Positions 30,125 to 39,466 of a DNA stretch of 64,000 bases are shown in pieces. How positions within the stretch are numbered: the first letter of the stretch is position 1; each line of letters opens with the position of its first letter. The stretch is from Candidatus Eiseniibacteriota bacterium (GTDB lineage Bacteria > Eisenbacteria > RBG-16-71-46 > SZUA-252), in the NCBI GenBank assembly GCA_038060295.1, contig JBBTHR010000006.1:8735-72734 (forward strand). The letters run 5' to 3'. The translations under genes were made by a program, and so were the position numbers. The notes below the pieces were generated by a model. That model was not told the DNA's origin and did not search any database. It saw nothing but the letters and a program-made list of their open reading frames with translations.

Positions 30125-31903
30125 ATGAATCCCACCCAGGCGGCGCAAGAGCGCGCCCGAGTCCCGAGAGTGGTCCGTCTGGCCCTCGCCCAGGTGAATC
30201 CTGTCGTCGGCGACCTCCCCGGAAACGCCAAGAAGGTCATCGAGTTCATCGAGCGCGCCCGCTCCCAGGGTGCCGAATTGGTGGCGTTCCCGGAACTGGT
30301 CCTGACGGGGTACCCCCCGGAAGACCTCCTCCTCCGTCCGGAGTTCATCGAGCAGAACCAGGCAGCCCTGGACGAGGTGGTCCGGGCGACCCGCGGGATC
30401 ACCGCCATCGTCGGCTTCGCGCAGCGGGCGGGCGACGTCTACAACGCGGCGGCCATCGCGCACGACGGTCGACTCGCCGCAGTTTATCAGAAGAGCCACC
30501 TGCCGAATTACGGCGTCTTCGACGAGGTCCGCTACTTCCGCCCCGGGCGCGACCCGTTCGTCTGCGTACGCGGACCGCTCCGCTTCGCCGTGAACATCTG
30601 CGAGGACATCTGGACGCCCTCCGGGCCGACGGCGCTGGCGCTCTACGGCGAGGCGGAATTGGTCATCAACCTCTCGGCGTCTCCGTTCCACGCCGGGAAG
30701 TCGATCTCCCGCGACCGCATGCTCGCCACGCGCGCCGCCGACGGCGTGGCGTTCGTGGCGTTCGTGAACAACGTCGGCGGGCAGGACGAACTCGTCTTCG
30801 ACGGGAACAGCCGCCTCTTCGGACCCCGCGGCGAGGACCTGGCGCGCGCCGAGGCCTTCGAGGAGGACCTGGTTCTCGTCGACCTCGACCTCGACGCCGT
30901 CTTCCGCGCGCGACTCAAAGATCCGCGGAGCCGCGAGGCCGCGCAGACCGACAACGGCGAGGCGGCCCTCCGCGCGGTCACGCTCTCCGACGTCGCCGCG
31001 CCTGCTCCCAAGCCCCTGCTCCCTCCGCGCAAGACACGCACGCCGGAAGGGGCGGAGGAGATCTACCGCGCCCTCGTGGTCGGAACGCACGACTACATCG
31101 TGAAGAACGGCTTCCAGCGCGTGGTGCTCGGGCTCTCGGGCGGCGTCGATTCCGCGCTCACCGCCGCGATCGCAGCCGACGCCCTGGGGGCTGAAAACGT
31201 CACCGTCGTCTTCCTGCCGTCTCCCTACACCTCGACGGAGAGCGCCGAGGACGCCGAGGCGCTGGCGCGAAATCTGGAACTAGACTACCGCACGCTTCCG
31301 ATCGGCGACGAGATGGAGTCGTACCGGAAGACGCTGGCCGCCGTCTTCGCCGGGCGCCCCGAGGACACGACCGAGGAGAATCTCCAGTCGCGCATCCGCG
31401 GCAATCTCCTCATGGCGCTCTCGAACAAGTTCGGCTGGATGGTCCTCACCACCGGAAACAAGAGTGAGTACTCCTGCGGCTACGCGACGCTCTACGGCGA
31501 CATGGCGGGAGGCTTCGCGGTGCTGAAGGACGTCTTCAAGACGCTCGTCTACGAGCTGGCGCACTATCGGAACGCACGCGCCGGGAAACCGTGGATTCCC
31601 GAGCGGACGATCACCCGGCCGCCGACCGCGGAGCTGAAGCCGGGACAGCTCGACACCGACTCGCTTCCGCCCTACGACATCCTCGATCCGGTCCTTCGCG
31701 CCTACGTGGAGGAGGATTGGGAGGTGGAGCGAATCATGGCGCTCGGCCATGATCGCGCGCTGGTGCGGCGCGTGATCCGGATGGTCGACAAGGCCGAGTA
31801 CAAGCGCCGCCAGGCGCCGCCGGGAATCCGCATCACGCCACGCGCGCTGGGAAAGGACCGGCGCCTCCCGATCACGAACCGCCACCAGCCCTGGCGCGAC
31901 TGA
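30125..31903 (+). CDS. nadE: Glutamine-dependent NAD+ synthetase
   Basis: N-terminal CN-hydrolase domain (LALAQVNPVVGD...FPEL) and a C-terminal synthetase with SGGVDS. The track ORF begins at 30092, but the ATG at 30125 is more likely. Confidence 0.95.
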   Translation: MNPTQAAQERARVPRVVRLALAQVNPVVGDLPGNAKKVIEFIERARSQGAELVAFPELVLTGYPPEDLLLRPEFIEQNQAALDEVVRATRGITAIVGFAQRAGDVYNAAAIAHDGRLAAVYQKSHLPNYGVFDEVRYFRPGRDPFVCVRGPLRFAVNICEDIWTPSGPTALALYGEAELVINLSASPFHAGKSISRDRMLATRAADGVAFVAFVNNVGGQDELVFDGNSRLFGPRGEDLARAEAFEEDLVLVDLDLDAVFRARLKDPRSREAAQTDNGEAALRAVTLSDVAAPAPKPLLPPRKTRTPEGAEEIYRALVVGTHDYIVKNGFQRVVLGLSGGVDSALTAAIAADALGAENVTVVFLPSPYTSTESAEDAEALARNLELDYRTLPIGDEMESYRKTLAAVFAGRPEDTTEENLQSRIRGNLLMALSNKFGWMVLTTGNKSEYSCGYATLYGDMAGGFAVLKDVFKTLVYELAHYRNARAGKPWIPERTITRPPTAELKPGQLDTDSLPPYDILDPVLRAYVEEDWEVERIMALGHDRALVRRVIRMVDKAEYKRRQAPPGIRITPRALGKDRRLPITNRHQPWRD

Positions 31904-31908
31904 GGCTC

Positions 31909-31932
31909 GCCACCCGCGGCCGCGCGGGCGGC
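31909..31932. terminator. GC-rich hairpin between convergent genes
   Basis: GCCaCCCGCG-gccg-CGCGGGcGGC between the nadE stop (31903) and the stop of the minus-strand gene (31947). No U-tract. Confidence 0.35.
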
Positions 31933-31946
31933 TTCGCCGGGCGACG

Positions 31947-34451
31947 TCACTTGAGCACGACGAACGGAATCACCTCGCCAACGTAGCGCCCCTCCGCGCG
32001 CAGGCGCGCCCAGTAGCGGCCCGAGGGAACGCGGCGGCCCGATCGGTCGCGTCCATCCCACTCGAGGCGGAGTTCGGCGACGCCGGCAGTGGCGCCGACG
32101 CCGGCGGAGGGAGCCTGGAGCGTCCGCACCATCCGTCCCTGCACATCGAGGATGTCGATCCGCTCGTTCGCGCGAAGGAGGGGCGCGCTTTCCGCCCCCC
32201 CGCGCGTCGCGGCGCGCGCCCGGACGATCGCCGCTCCGCTGATCGGATTCGGGAAGACGTCGAGCCGCACGCGGCCGAGGGCCGCCGGCGCCGCACGCGG
32301 CTCCCGCTCCACGGCCGTCACCGTCATCGCACCCGGGCGAAGCACCAGCATCCGAGAGCTGTCCGAGACGAAGAGGTCCGGAAGCGGGCCGGCGGTCGGC
32401 TCGAACACCAGCGCCGTCGCACCGCCGGCGGGATTTTGAAAGTGCGCCTTCTCGAGCGCCGTGCCCCCGGGCCAGGCCGCGCCGCGCGCGAGGAGAACCG
32501 GCGCGGTGTAAGGCCCCGCAGCGGCCGCGGTCACGAGATCGAACGCCGGGCGCCCGGGAGACTGGAAGAGCGCAACCCCACCGCCCGCCTGCGCGACGCC
32601 GAGAATTCCGGTCCAGGCGCTCGCCACACCGCACGGCGCCGCCGAGGTCTGTTGCGCCGCCACCAACTCCGGCGCCCCCGCCGCGGGAACGCGCGCGATC
32701 TGAAGCCCGCCGGCCGCCGCCGCGATCGCCACGTAGGCGCTGTCGCGCGAATGCGGAATCCAGGCGAGATCACGCGCGTAGGGCGCGCCCCACGCCGTCG
32801 AGAGCGCGGTCTCGGGCCTGGGCGTGAACGCAACCGTCGCGGGCGTTCCCCCATCGAGCGAGACGTCGGCAACGGCGAGTCCCGCGGAACCGTCGGCGAC
32901 GGCAAGGACCACCACGGCGCCGCCGCCGCGCACTTCCACGTCGAGCGCGTTACCGGGCGTGCTCCACGTACCCGCCATGACCGGAAGACCGGAGAGTGAG
33001 TCGACCGCGGCGGTGACGTCGATCGCCACCACGCCCGCGCCCGTGCCCGCCACCGTGGCCAGCGGGTCGAACGTCGCGGTGACGGGCGTCGAGCCGGTAT
33101 CCGCATCGGCGACGAACGCCACCACACGCCCCGAGGCGGCCCGCGTCCACGCGACGTCGGTCGCGAAGCCGGCAAGTGGGATCGTGCGGAGGATGCGGTC
33201 GTCCACGCCGTTCTGGTCGGAGTCGAAGAAATCCTCCCAGGAGCCGAAGACCGGATCCTCGATCACGCGGAGATCGAGGAGCATGAGGCCGGCGCGGCCG
33301 GCGGCCAGAAGGCCGAGGTCGAGCGTCTCGCCGCTGGCCGCGACGAATCCCGGAACCACCGCGAGCGCGGCCGCGAAGGAAGGAATTCGAATCGTGCCGA
33401 GAAGGCGGTCGTCGCCTCCGTCGCCGTCCGCGTCGGTCAGGCCGATCGAGTCGGTCGACGTCGTGCGGCAAACCTCGATGCCGCCCAATCCTTCCGGCAC
33501 GAGCCAGGCGCCGCGCGCGGGAAGTAGCGCGGCTCCGTCGCGTCCGGTGGCGCCCTGGTCGAGCGGCACGAGGCCGACGGGACGGAGCGCGGTCGGGAGC
33601 GAATCGGAAATCGCCGTCTCGACGATGGCGAAGGCGGTCGCGGTGGAGATTCCCAGCGTGCTCGTCAGGCTCACCTGGAACGAATTAGAACTTCCCGCCC
33701 ACGCGTTTCCGGCGAGCGTGCCGTTCACGTCGAGCGGGACCGTGCCGCCGCCCGGAACGAGGAGTGTCGCCGGCGCGGAGCCTCCCGGGAAGAGCGTTCC
33801 GACATTGTTCGGATCGGGATTCGTCTTCCCCGCCGTCACGACGACGGTCTCGGAGCTGCCGGAGCCGCTTCGAACCGTGAAGGCGGCGACTCCCGAGGAT
33901 CCCGCCGTTCCGGACCAGGTGGGGCTGGCGGGCCAGATCTCGGGCCTCCCATCGGTGGCCGCGATGATCGAGGCGGTCGATTTGGCAGCGAGGCTTCCGC
34001 CATTGGCGTAGACGACGGAAACCGAGACGCTGCCGAGGCCGAGCGACGCCGCGGGCACGCCGACCGAGAGCGGGATGCGCGCGATGACGCCGGCCTGGAG
34101 GACGAGCGTCCCCGAGGCCGGCGTCACGGTCGCGAGGAACCCGCCAGAACTGACGGCACTCCACTCCACGGAGGCGGCGGCCCCCTCCGCGCGGAGAACA
34201 AATTCCAGCGTCGCCGCGCTTCCCGGGGCGATCGTCGCGCTGGGCAGCCATGCCGAGACCGGTCTCGGCGGGATCCAGTCGGCGGCAAGCGCGACCGGCG
34301 GCGCGAGGGACCCGAGCGAGAGTGCCAACGCGGCCCACACCGCGGCCCACGCCGTGGCCGCCGGGAGCGCCAAGAGCGCGCGGACCGCCCAAAGCCCTGA
34401 AAAGCAGCGGGGGCCGGCGGTACGCGCCGGCCCCCCGAAACGATGAAGCAT
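31947..34451 (-). CDS. Large secreted protein with LVIVD-like beta-propeller repeats and a FlgD-Ig/T9SS-like C-terminal domain
   Basis: The likely start is the ATG at 34451 (MLHRFGG... followed by a hydrophobic signal). Recurrent motifs such as VVAFVADADTG, GVVAIDVT and LAVADVSL. C-terminus DVFPNPISG...IDILDVQGRMVRTL...WDGRDRSGRRVPSGRYWARL. Confidence 0.72.
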   Translation of the reverse strand: MLHRFGGPARTAGPRCFSGLWAVRALLALPAATAWAAVWAALALSLGSLAPPVALAADWIPPRPVSAWLPSATIAPGSAATLEFVLRAEGAAASVEWSAVSSGGFLATVTPASGTLVLQAGVIARIPLSVGVPAASLGLGSVSVSVVYANGGSLAAKSTASIIAATDGRPEIWPASPTWSGTAGSSGVAAFTVRSGSGSSETVVVTAGKTNPDPNNVGTLFPGGSAPATLLVPGGGTVPLDVNGTLAGNAWAGSSNSFQVSLTSTLGISTATAFAIVETAISDSLPTALRPVGLVPLDQGATGRDGAALLPARGAWLVPEGLGGIEVCRTTSTDSIGLTDADGDGGDDRLLGTIRIPSFAAALAVVPGFVAASGETLDLGLLAAGRAGLMLLDLRVIEDPVFGSWEDFFDSDQNGVDDRILRTIPLAGFATDVAWTRAASGRVVAFVADADTGSTPVTATFDPLATVAGTGAGVVAIDVTAAVDSLSGLPVMAGTWSTPGNALDVEVRGGGAVVVLAVADGSAGLAVADVSLDGGTPATVAFTPRPETALSTAWGAPYARDLAWIPHSRDSAYVAIAAAAGGLQIARVPAAGAPELVAAQQTSAAPCGVASAWTGILGVAQAGGGVALFQSPGRPAFDLVTAAAAGPYTAPVLLARGAAWPGGTALEKAHFQNPAGGATALVFEPTAGPLPDLFVSDSSRMLVLRPGAMTVTAVEREPRAAPAALGRVRLDVFPNPISGAAIVRARAATRGGAESAPLLRANERIDILDVQGRMVRTLQAPSAGVGATAGVAELRLEWDGRDRSGRRVPSGRYWARLRAEGRYVGEVIPFVVLK

Positions 34452-34458
34452 CACGAGG

Positions 34459-37179
34459 TCATTTGAGGATCGTGACGTTCGCCGTGGACTCCCACGATCC
34501 CGCCTTGATCCTCGCGTAGTAACGGCCCGAGGAGACTCCGACTCCACGATCGCTCTTGCCGTCCCAGATCGCCGTGTGCGGACCGGCGGCCTGGAAGCCG
34601 TTCACGAGCGTGCGAATCATGCGGCCGCTCACGTCGTAGATGCGCATCGAGACCTGCGCGCCCGATCCGGCGCTCCGCGGAATCGCGTACATGAACTTCG
34701 CCGTCGGATTCGCCGGGTTCGGCCCCGAGTTCGCGAAGTAGAACCGATTCGGATCGAGGTCACGGCCCAACCGGCCGGCCAGAGCCACCGTCGGCGTCAC
34801 GGTCGCGGTCCAGACGTAGGTCTGCCCCGTACGCAGTTGCGGAGGAGCCGTCGGTGCGAACGCCGAGGAAGTGATGTCGGAGATGAGAATCTTGTACGTC
34901 CGCGGCGCCTTGCTGTTCGAGTTCGCCGACGGCGGCGGCACCACATACGTGACACGCGGGTTCAGGCCCGAGAAGTCGTCGTTCGCGGCCACCAGATCGC
35001 CGTTGTTGTCGAACAGGAACATGACCAGGTCCATGTTGTTGTTGCCGTCCTGCCCTGTCGCCGCGGCGCTGGCGTCGATCATGTCGCCCGGCTTCGCCTG
35101 GACCGAGAAGTAGTCCTGGTCGCCGGCCGGAGAGTAGGTCCCCGGACGCGACGCGACGGGCGTGGCCATCGGCTTGGCCTCGTTGAGGCGGCCGTTCGGC
35201 TCGTCGGCGTCTTCGTTGAATCCGACGATCGTCACGTTGGACGTGAGACTCCGGTTTCCGTTCTTGTCGATCGCCTGCGTGGCCCAGATCGTCGGAACGG
35301 TGCTCGACGGAAGCGGCTCATAGTGGAAGGTCGCCGCCCCGGCCCCAGCGGTGTCCTTCACCGCGTAGGAGAAGTTGGAGACGATGCCGCGCGAGACCAG
35401 CTCCGTGCGATCGAGCGAATTCGCCGTCAAGGCGAACCCGTCGGCGCGAGTGTTGGTCGGCGCGACCCGGTAGGAGAACTCCATCTGCGTGGCGCGCCTG
35501 TTTCCGCCGAAGGAGGCGGGATTCACGATCGGCACTTCGCTCTCCGGCACCTGGCAGGTCATGTCGATCGCGTAGTTGCGATCGATGGCGAGCGTCACGG
35601 CACCGGCGAGGCTGATGCTGTAGCTATTGCCGAAGAGCCCCTTCTCGAGCTGGGTGAAGTCCATGCGGATGAACGGGAAATTGTTCGGGAATCCCGGCGT
35701 CGACTGCGTGGGGAACTGGAGCACCCAGAAGAAGGTCTTCCCCGCGTCGCTCACCGCCAGATTCAGCGGAACCGTGTTGATCCCGTTCGGATTGCCGTTG
35801 AACGGCGTCTGGACGAAGAGCGGGCTCGCGATGTCGGGACCGCCGGTCGCCGGATTCATCGGGCAGAGCCGCGCGCTCAGGAAGGGCGCCGGAATGCCGT
35901 TGAACGTGAACGAGGGGAACTGGATGTTCGAGATCGTGTAGGGCGGATCGAACGGCGGATCGAAACGAACCGCCAGGTAGCCCGTGTTCCGGAAGGTCAC
36001 GAAGTTCTCGAACGAGCCGTGCTGCGCCATGAGGACGCGGCCCGGATAGGTGTTCGTCTGGAACGCGATGCCGCCGCTGTTGGCGCCGGCCGAGACCGCG
36101 ACCGCCGTGAAGGCGCCCGGAGGATCGGTGAAACCGTTCGACCCCTCCGCCGCGCCGTTCCAGTACTCCGGCTCGTAGCCGATGTCGAGGCCGTTGTAGA
36201 CGCCGCCGACGTTCGCGTCGGCCGCCGTCGTGTTGACGCCGTCGAGCGGAACAATGCGGACGGCGTAGTTCCCGGGCGGGAGGCCGCGGAGCGAGTAGTC
36301 GCCCTGTCCGTTCCGGAGCGTGTACTCGCCCGAAATGTTGCTGATGGAGTTCGCCGCGGTCGGGGCCGCGAGGTTGATTGCCTCGACGTGCGCGCCGAAG
36401 ATGGCCGAGCCGTTGAAGCCGTTCAGCACCGTGCCGCTGATCACGCCGGTCGTGGCGCGGAAATCGACACCGCCGACCGAGAGACCGCGCGCGACGGACT
36501 CGGCGTAGACGTCCGAGAGTCCGGCCCGGTCATCGAGTTCGAGCGACCGCTGTGACGTGTTGCTGACGATGAACGGAATCATCGTCGTACCCGCTACCGA
36601 CGTGTGATCGAGACCGAAGTAGTGCCCGTACTCGTGCGTGACGACGGCCTGGAGGTCGACGCTCGACTGCCCCGCCGGCGCCGGCGTCAGCGCCGGGGAC
36701 GACGTGGAGCAGAAGAAGTCGCGGTCGTTGAACACCATGTCGGCGTCCAGCGTCTGCCCGTCGACCAGATTGACGATGGAACGAACGAACGCGATGACGC
36801 CGCCGCCCGGGGCGAAGCTGACGCCCGGACCGTCGAAGTACATGCTGTTCTGTCCGTCGAACTCGAGATCGGGGTTCGTCTCGGGCGCCCCCCACTGATG
36901 GACGTCCGCGGTGAAATAACAGGTATTGATGTCGACCCACGACTGGGCGGAGGCCTGAACGACCGCCAGCGCCGTCGCCGAGGGGATGTCGAGGTTGGTG
37001 GGATTGACCGCGCTCTTGAGCGGAAGATCGGTGTCGAGCCAGTGGGCCTGGACGACCGGGCTTGCCGCGTCGACCTGGCGTCCCAGTCGGATGAAGGCCG
37101 CGGCCGGATCGGCGCTCGCCACGGCGAACGCGCCGACGAGGAGCGCGGCGACGATGAAGCGGAATCGATTCGTCTTCAT
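34459..37179 (-). CDS. Secreted metzincin-type zinc metalloprotease with carboxypeptidase-regulatory-like, PPC and FlgD-Ig/T9SS-like domains
   Basis: Signal peptide. HEYGHYFGLDH (HExxHxxGxxH). GEYTLRNGQGDYSLRGLPPGNYAVRIVP. PPC-like GDQDYFSVQAKPGDMID...FLFDNNGDLVAANDD. C-terminus PNPANPTAKFMY...MRIYDVSGRMIRTL...WDGKSDRGVGVSSGRYYARI. Confidence 0.85.
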   Translation of the reverse strand: MKTNRFRFIVAALLVGAFAVASADPAAAFIRLGRQVDAASPVVQAHWLDTDLPLKSAVNPTNLDIPSATALAVVQASAQSWVDINTCYFTADVHQWGAPETNPDLEFDGQNSMYFDGPGVSFAPGGGVIAFVRSIVNLVDGQTLDADMVFNDRDFFCSTSSPALTPAPAGQSSVDLQAVVTHEYGHYFGLDHTSVAGTTMIPFIVSNTSQRSLELDDRAGLSDVYAESVARGLSVGGVDFRATTGVISGTVLNGFNGSAIFGAHVEAINLAAPTAANSISNISGEYTLRNGQGDYSLRGLPPGNYAVRIVPLDGVNTTAADANVGGVYNGLDIGYEPEYWNGAAEGSNGFTDPPGAFTAVAVSAGANSGGIAFQTNTYPGRVLMAQHGSFENFVTFRNTGYLAVRFDPPFDPPYTISNIQFPSFTFNGIPAPFLSARLCPMNPATGGPDIASPLFVQTPFNGNPNGINTVPLNLAVSDAGKTFFWVLQFPTQSTPGFPNNFPFIRMDFTQLEKGLFGNSYSISLAGAVTLAIDRNYAIDMTCQVPESEVPIVNPASFGGNRRATQMEFSYRVAPTNTRADGFALTANSLDRTELVSRGIVSNFSYAVKDTAGAGAATFHYEPLPSSTVPTIWATQAIDKNGNRSLTSNVTIVGFNEDADEPNGRLNEAKPMATPVASRPGTYSPAGDQDYFSVQAKPGDMIDASAAATGQDGNNNMDLVMFLFDNNGDLVAANDDFSGLNPRVTYVVPPPSANSNSKAPRTYKILISDITSSAFAPTAPPQLRTGQTYVWTATVTPTVALAGRLGRDLDPNRFYFANSGPNPANPTAKFMYAIPRSAGSGAQVSMRIYDVSGRMIRTLVNGFQAAGPHTAIWDGKSDRGVGVSSGRYYARIKAGSWESTANVTILK

Positions 37180-37194
37180 GGTGCTCGCCCTCCC

Positions 37195-37785
37195 TTACTT
37201 GTCGGTGGGTTCGACCTGCACCTTGCCGGCTTCGTCGAGCTCGGTGCGCAGGCCGTCGAGGAACGCTTGAAGCGGCTGCGCCTTGCCGGCGTCCGCTTCG
37301 CTCGTCTTGCCGCCCGGAGCGACGAGAACCAGCCCGTCGATCTCGCTGCGGACGTGCTTCTGACCGTGCTCATCCGCCGTCACGGAGTACTTGCCCTGCT
37401 GGAGCCCCATGACCCACGGATAGCCGGCTCCGTCTTTCCGCGTCAGGAAAAGGACGACTTCCTCGCCCTTCCGGAAGGTCGGAGTGCCGGGGACGATCGA
37501 CGCGATCTTGTCGATGGTGCCGCCCAGCTGCCGGATGGTGATCACGTCGTCCTTCTTCGGGCCCTTCACGGGCTCGAGGACGCGCAACGTGATGTAGGTG
37601 AAGATTTCCTTGTTGGATTCGTAGCGGGCGGATTCGTCTTCGACGCGGGCGAGCACGATGGCGTCGGACTTCTTGGCGAGATCTCTGAGGGACATCTTTT
37701 CGACCGTGGTGGCTGCCGCGTAGCTCGCGGTGATCATCGCGAGCGCGGCAATTGCCAGCACGACCGTTCGACGGACGCGATTCAT
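37195..37785 (-). CDS. Hypothetical secreted protein
   Basis: 196 aa with signal peptide MNRVRRTVVLAIAALAMITASYAA. It lies 15 nt upstream of the metalloprotease gene. No recognised motif. Confidence 0.65.
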   Translation of the reverse strand: MNRVRRTVVLAIAALAMITASYAAATTVEKMSLRDLAKKSDAIVLARVEDESARYESNKEIFTYITLRVLEPVKGPKKDDVITIRQLGGTIDKIASIVPGTPTFRKGEEVVLFLTRKDGAGYPWVMGLQQGKYSVTADEHGQKHVRSEIDGLVLVAPGGKTSEADAGKAQPLQAFLDGLRTELDEAGKVQVEPTDK

Positions 37786-38013
37786 CGCCAGTTCTCCTGA
37801 GGTGCGTCGTCAGTTCGGCGGACCGAGTTCCTTACGGGGCCGCCCGATGGCTTGCGTGGCGTGAACGGAAAGTGGAAGTCGTCGTGGGCTCGGTTCTCAC
37901 CCCCCTTGGTGGCCGATTGGCCGAGACTTGAGATGAACCGTATCGGAGCAGGTTGCATCTGGGGAACTGCGTGATCCGACCCAGGATCAACGCTGGATTC
38001 GCACAGAAGCGGA

Positions 38014-38042
38014 AGTATATCAAATTATGGCAGTTATGTCAT
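38014..38042 (-). promoter_or_regulatory. Sigma-70-like promoter ATGACA-N17-TATACT
   Basis: Read on the minus strand within a locally AT-rich patch. It would give a leader of about 220 nt before the ATG at 37785. Confidence 0.5.
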
Positions 38043-38136
38043 CCCTAGAGTGCATTTCGGTGGTGCTCCCGGACCGCGTGCGGCGGCGATCGCAAGTCCC
38101 AGGCGAGTCCGATCCAGTCGATGGTGCGGCGGGCGG

Positions 38137-39030
38137 CTAGAGTGGCCATGATGCGACCTCGAGGTGCGTTGTCACCGTGCCTTGGATAGCGAGAACCTCC
38201 ACGGGATTCTGGAGAGCTTCCGTCGTCAGGTAGCCCATGCCCAAGCCGCGCCCCGTTCCCGGCTCGAGTACCGTGCTGGTGATGATCCCGGCGTGGAGGT
38301 TCCCTCCCGCCCTGAGTTCGGTTCCCCGCGGCAGAATTCCCGCCTGGCCGGGGTAGCGGAACCCGATCCGATGACGCCGGACCGCTCCGCGATGCGTGGT
38401 GCGGGCCACGACCTCCTGGCCCACGAAACATCCTTTATCGAGCGAGATCGCCTGCGGGAGCGAAAGCTCCGTGGCGATCCGGTCCTGATCGAAATCTACG
38501 CCGGCGCGCGGGATTCCCGCCGCGATTCTCCACGCCTCTGCCTCCTCGGGCGAGACGGCCGACGTCAGCAGACCCGCCGCGCTCCCCGGCTTCTCCGCTC
38601 CGGGAGGCAGCAGGAGAAACGTGGCCGGATCGGCTTCGATTGCCTCGCCGCCCGGGAGCGCCGCCGCCCGCTCGCGCGCCACCCTGCTCCGGTCCCGGCC
38701 GGCAACGCCGTAGAGGCGCGGCATTCCCTTCGGCCCCGCGAAGACGACGTCCTCCATGACCCGAAGGCGGTCGAGGTGGGGCAGGAGCGCCTCCCGTCCC
38801 CCCGGCTCCACGAAGAGAGTGGCGCCCTCCCCCTCGCGGTCCAGGACCGCCCACGCCAGGGCCAGAGGCCGCCCCTTTTCCGACAGAAAGAGGGTCGGCT
38901 TGGCGGCATCGGGTCGGAGGGTTGCTACATCTTGTGTTCCAACGCCTTGCAGGAATTCACGGGCATCAGGCCCGGTGATCCTCATGACCGCCCAGTCCTG
39001 GAAATCGAGGAGAAACGCGGGTCGTTCCAT
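38137..39030 (-). CDS. ygfZ: YgfZ/GcvT-like folate-binding protein
   Basis: [10 protein letters not shown] and [17 protein letters not shown] signature. The likely start is the ATG at 39030 ([10 protein letters not shown]). The track ORF extends to 39099. Confidence 0.85.
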   Translation of the reverse strand: MERPAFLLDFQDWAVMRITGPDAREFLQGVGTQDVATLRPDAAKPTLFLSEKGRPLALAWAVLDREGEGATLFVEPGGREALLPHLDRLRVMEDVVFAGPKGMPRLYGVAGRDRSRVARERAAALPGGEAIEADPATFLLLPPGAEKPGSAAGLLTSAVSPEEAEAWRIAAGIPRAGVDFDQDRIATELSLPQAISLDKGCFVGQEVVARTTHRGAVRRHRIGFRYPGQAGILPRGTELRAGGNLHAGIITSTVLEPGTGRGLGMGYLTTEALQNPVEVLAIQGTVTTHLEVASWPL

Positions 39031-39061
39031 GCGGTCGGAGAATAACACTCCGGGATGCTCC

Positions 39062-39096
39062 TTGAAGCCGAGAGACTTGTATCGTATATTTACGAT
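39062..39096 (+). promoter_or_regulatory. Sigma-70-like promoter TTGAAG-N17-TATATT overlapped by the palindrome ATCGTA-N4-TACGAT (candidate ArsR operator)
   Basis: Read directly. The perfect 6-4-6 inverted repeat at 39081-39096 covers the -10 hexamer, 20 nt upstream of the arsR ATG. Confidence 0.5.
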
Positions 39097-39115
39097 CAAC
39101 GAAAAAGGAGGCCCG

Positions 39116-39466
39116 ATGGACCCGAATCAGCCGATTTCAATACCCCTCGACCGGCGCGCGAAGGATTCCGAAGCGCAGAACGAGGAACTGGCGAAGCTGG
39201 CGAAGGCGCTGGCGCACCCGGCGCGCGCCGCCATCGTTCGCCTTCTCCTGAGCGGCGGCGAGTGCGTCTGCGGCGGCATCGTCGATCGCATCCCACTGGC
39301 GCAGGCGACCGTGTCGCAGCACCTGAAGGTGTTGAAGGAAGCAGGCTGGATCAAAGGCGAGGTGGACGGTCCGCGCGTCTGCTACTGCGCCCGTCCCGAA
39401 ACATTGACGCGCTTCGTAGAACTGGCGCGCGGGTTGGAACCAACCATGGAAAGGAGTCCGTCATGA
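39116..39466 (+). CDS. arsR: ArsR family metalloregulator
   Basis: The ATG is preceded by [20 protein letters not shown]...ECVCGG...[14 protein letters not shown] shows the winged HTH and the CVC metalloid site. Confidence 0.9.
   Translation: MDPNQPISIPLDRRAKDSEAQNEELAKLAKALAHPARAAIVRLLLSGGECVCGGIVDRIPLAQATVSQHLKVLKEAGWIKGEVDGPRVCYCARPETLTRFVELARGLEPTMERSPS

Noticed and set aside
37832-38023. 63-aa ORF inside the long leader upstream of 37785
   Set aside because: It has a non-ATG start, no RBS and an implausible sequence. I treated the region as a non-coding leader.
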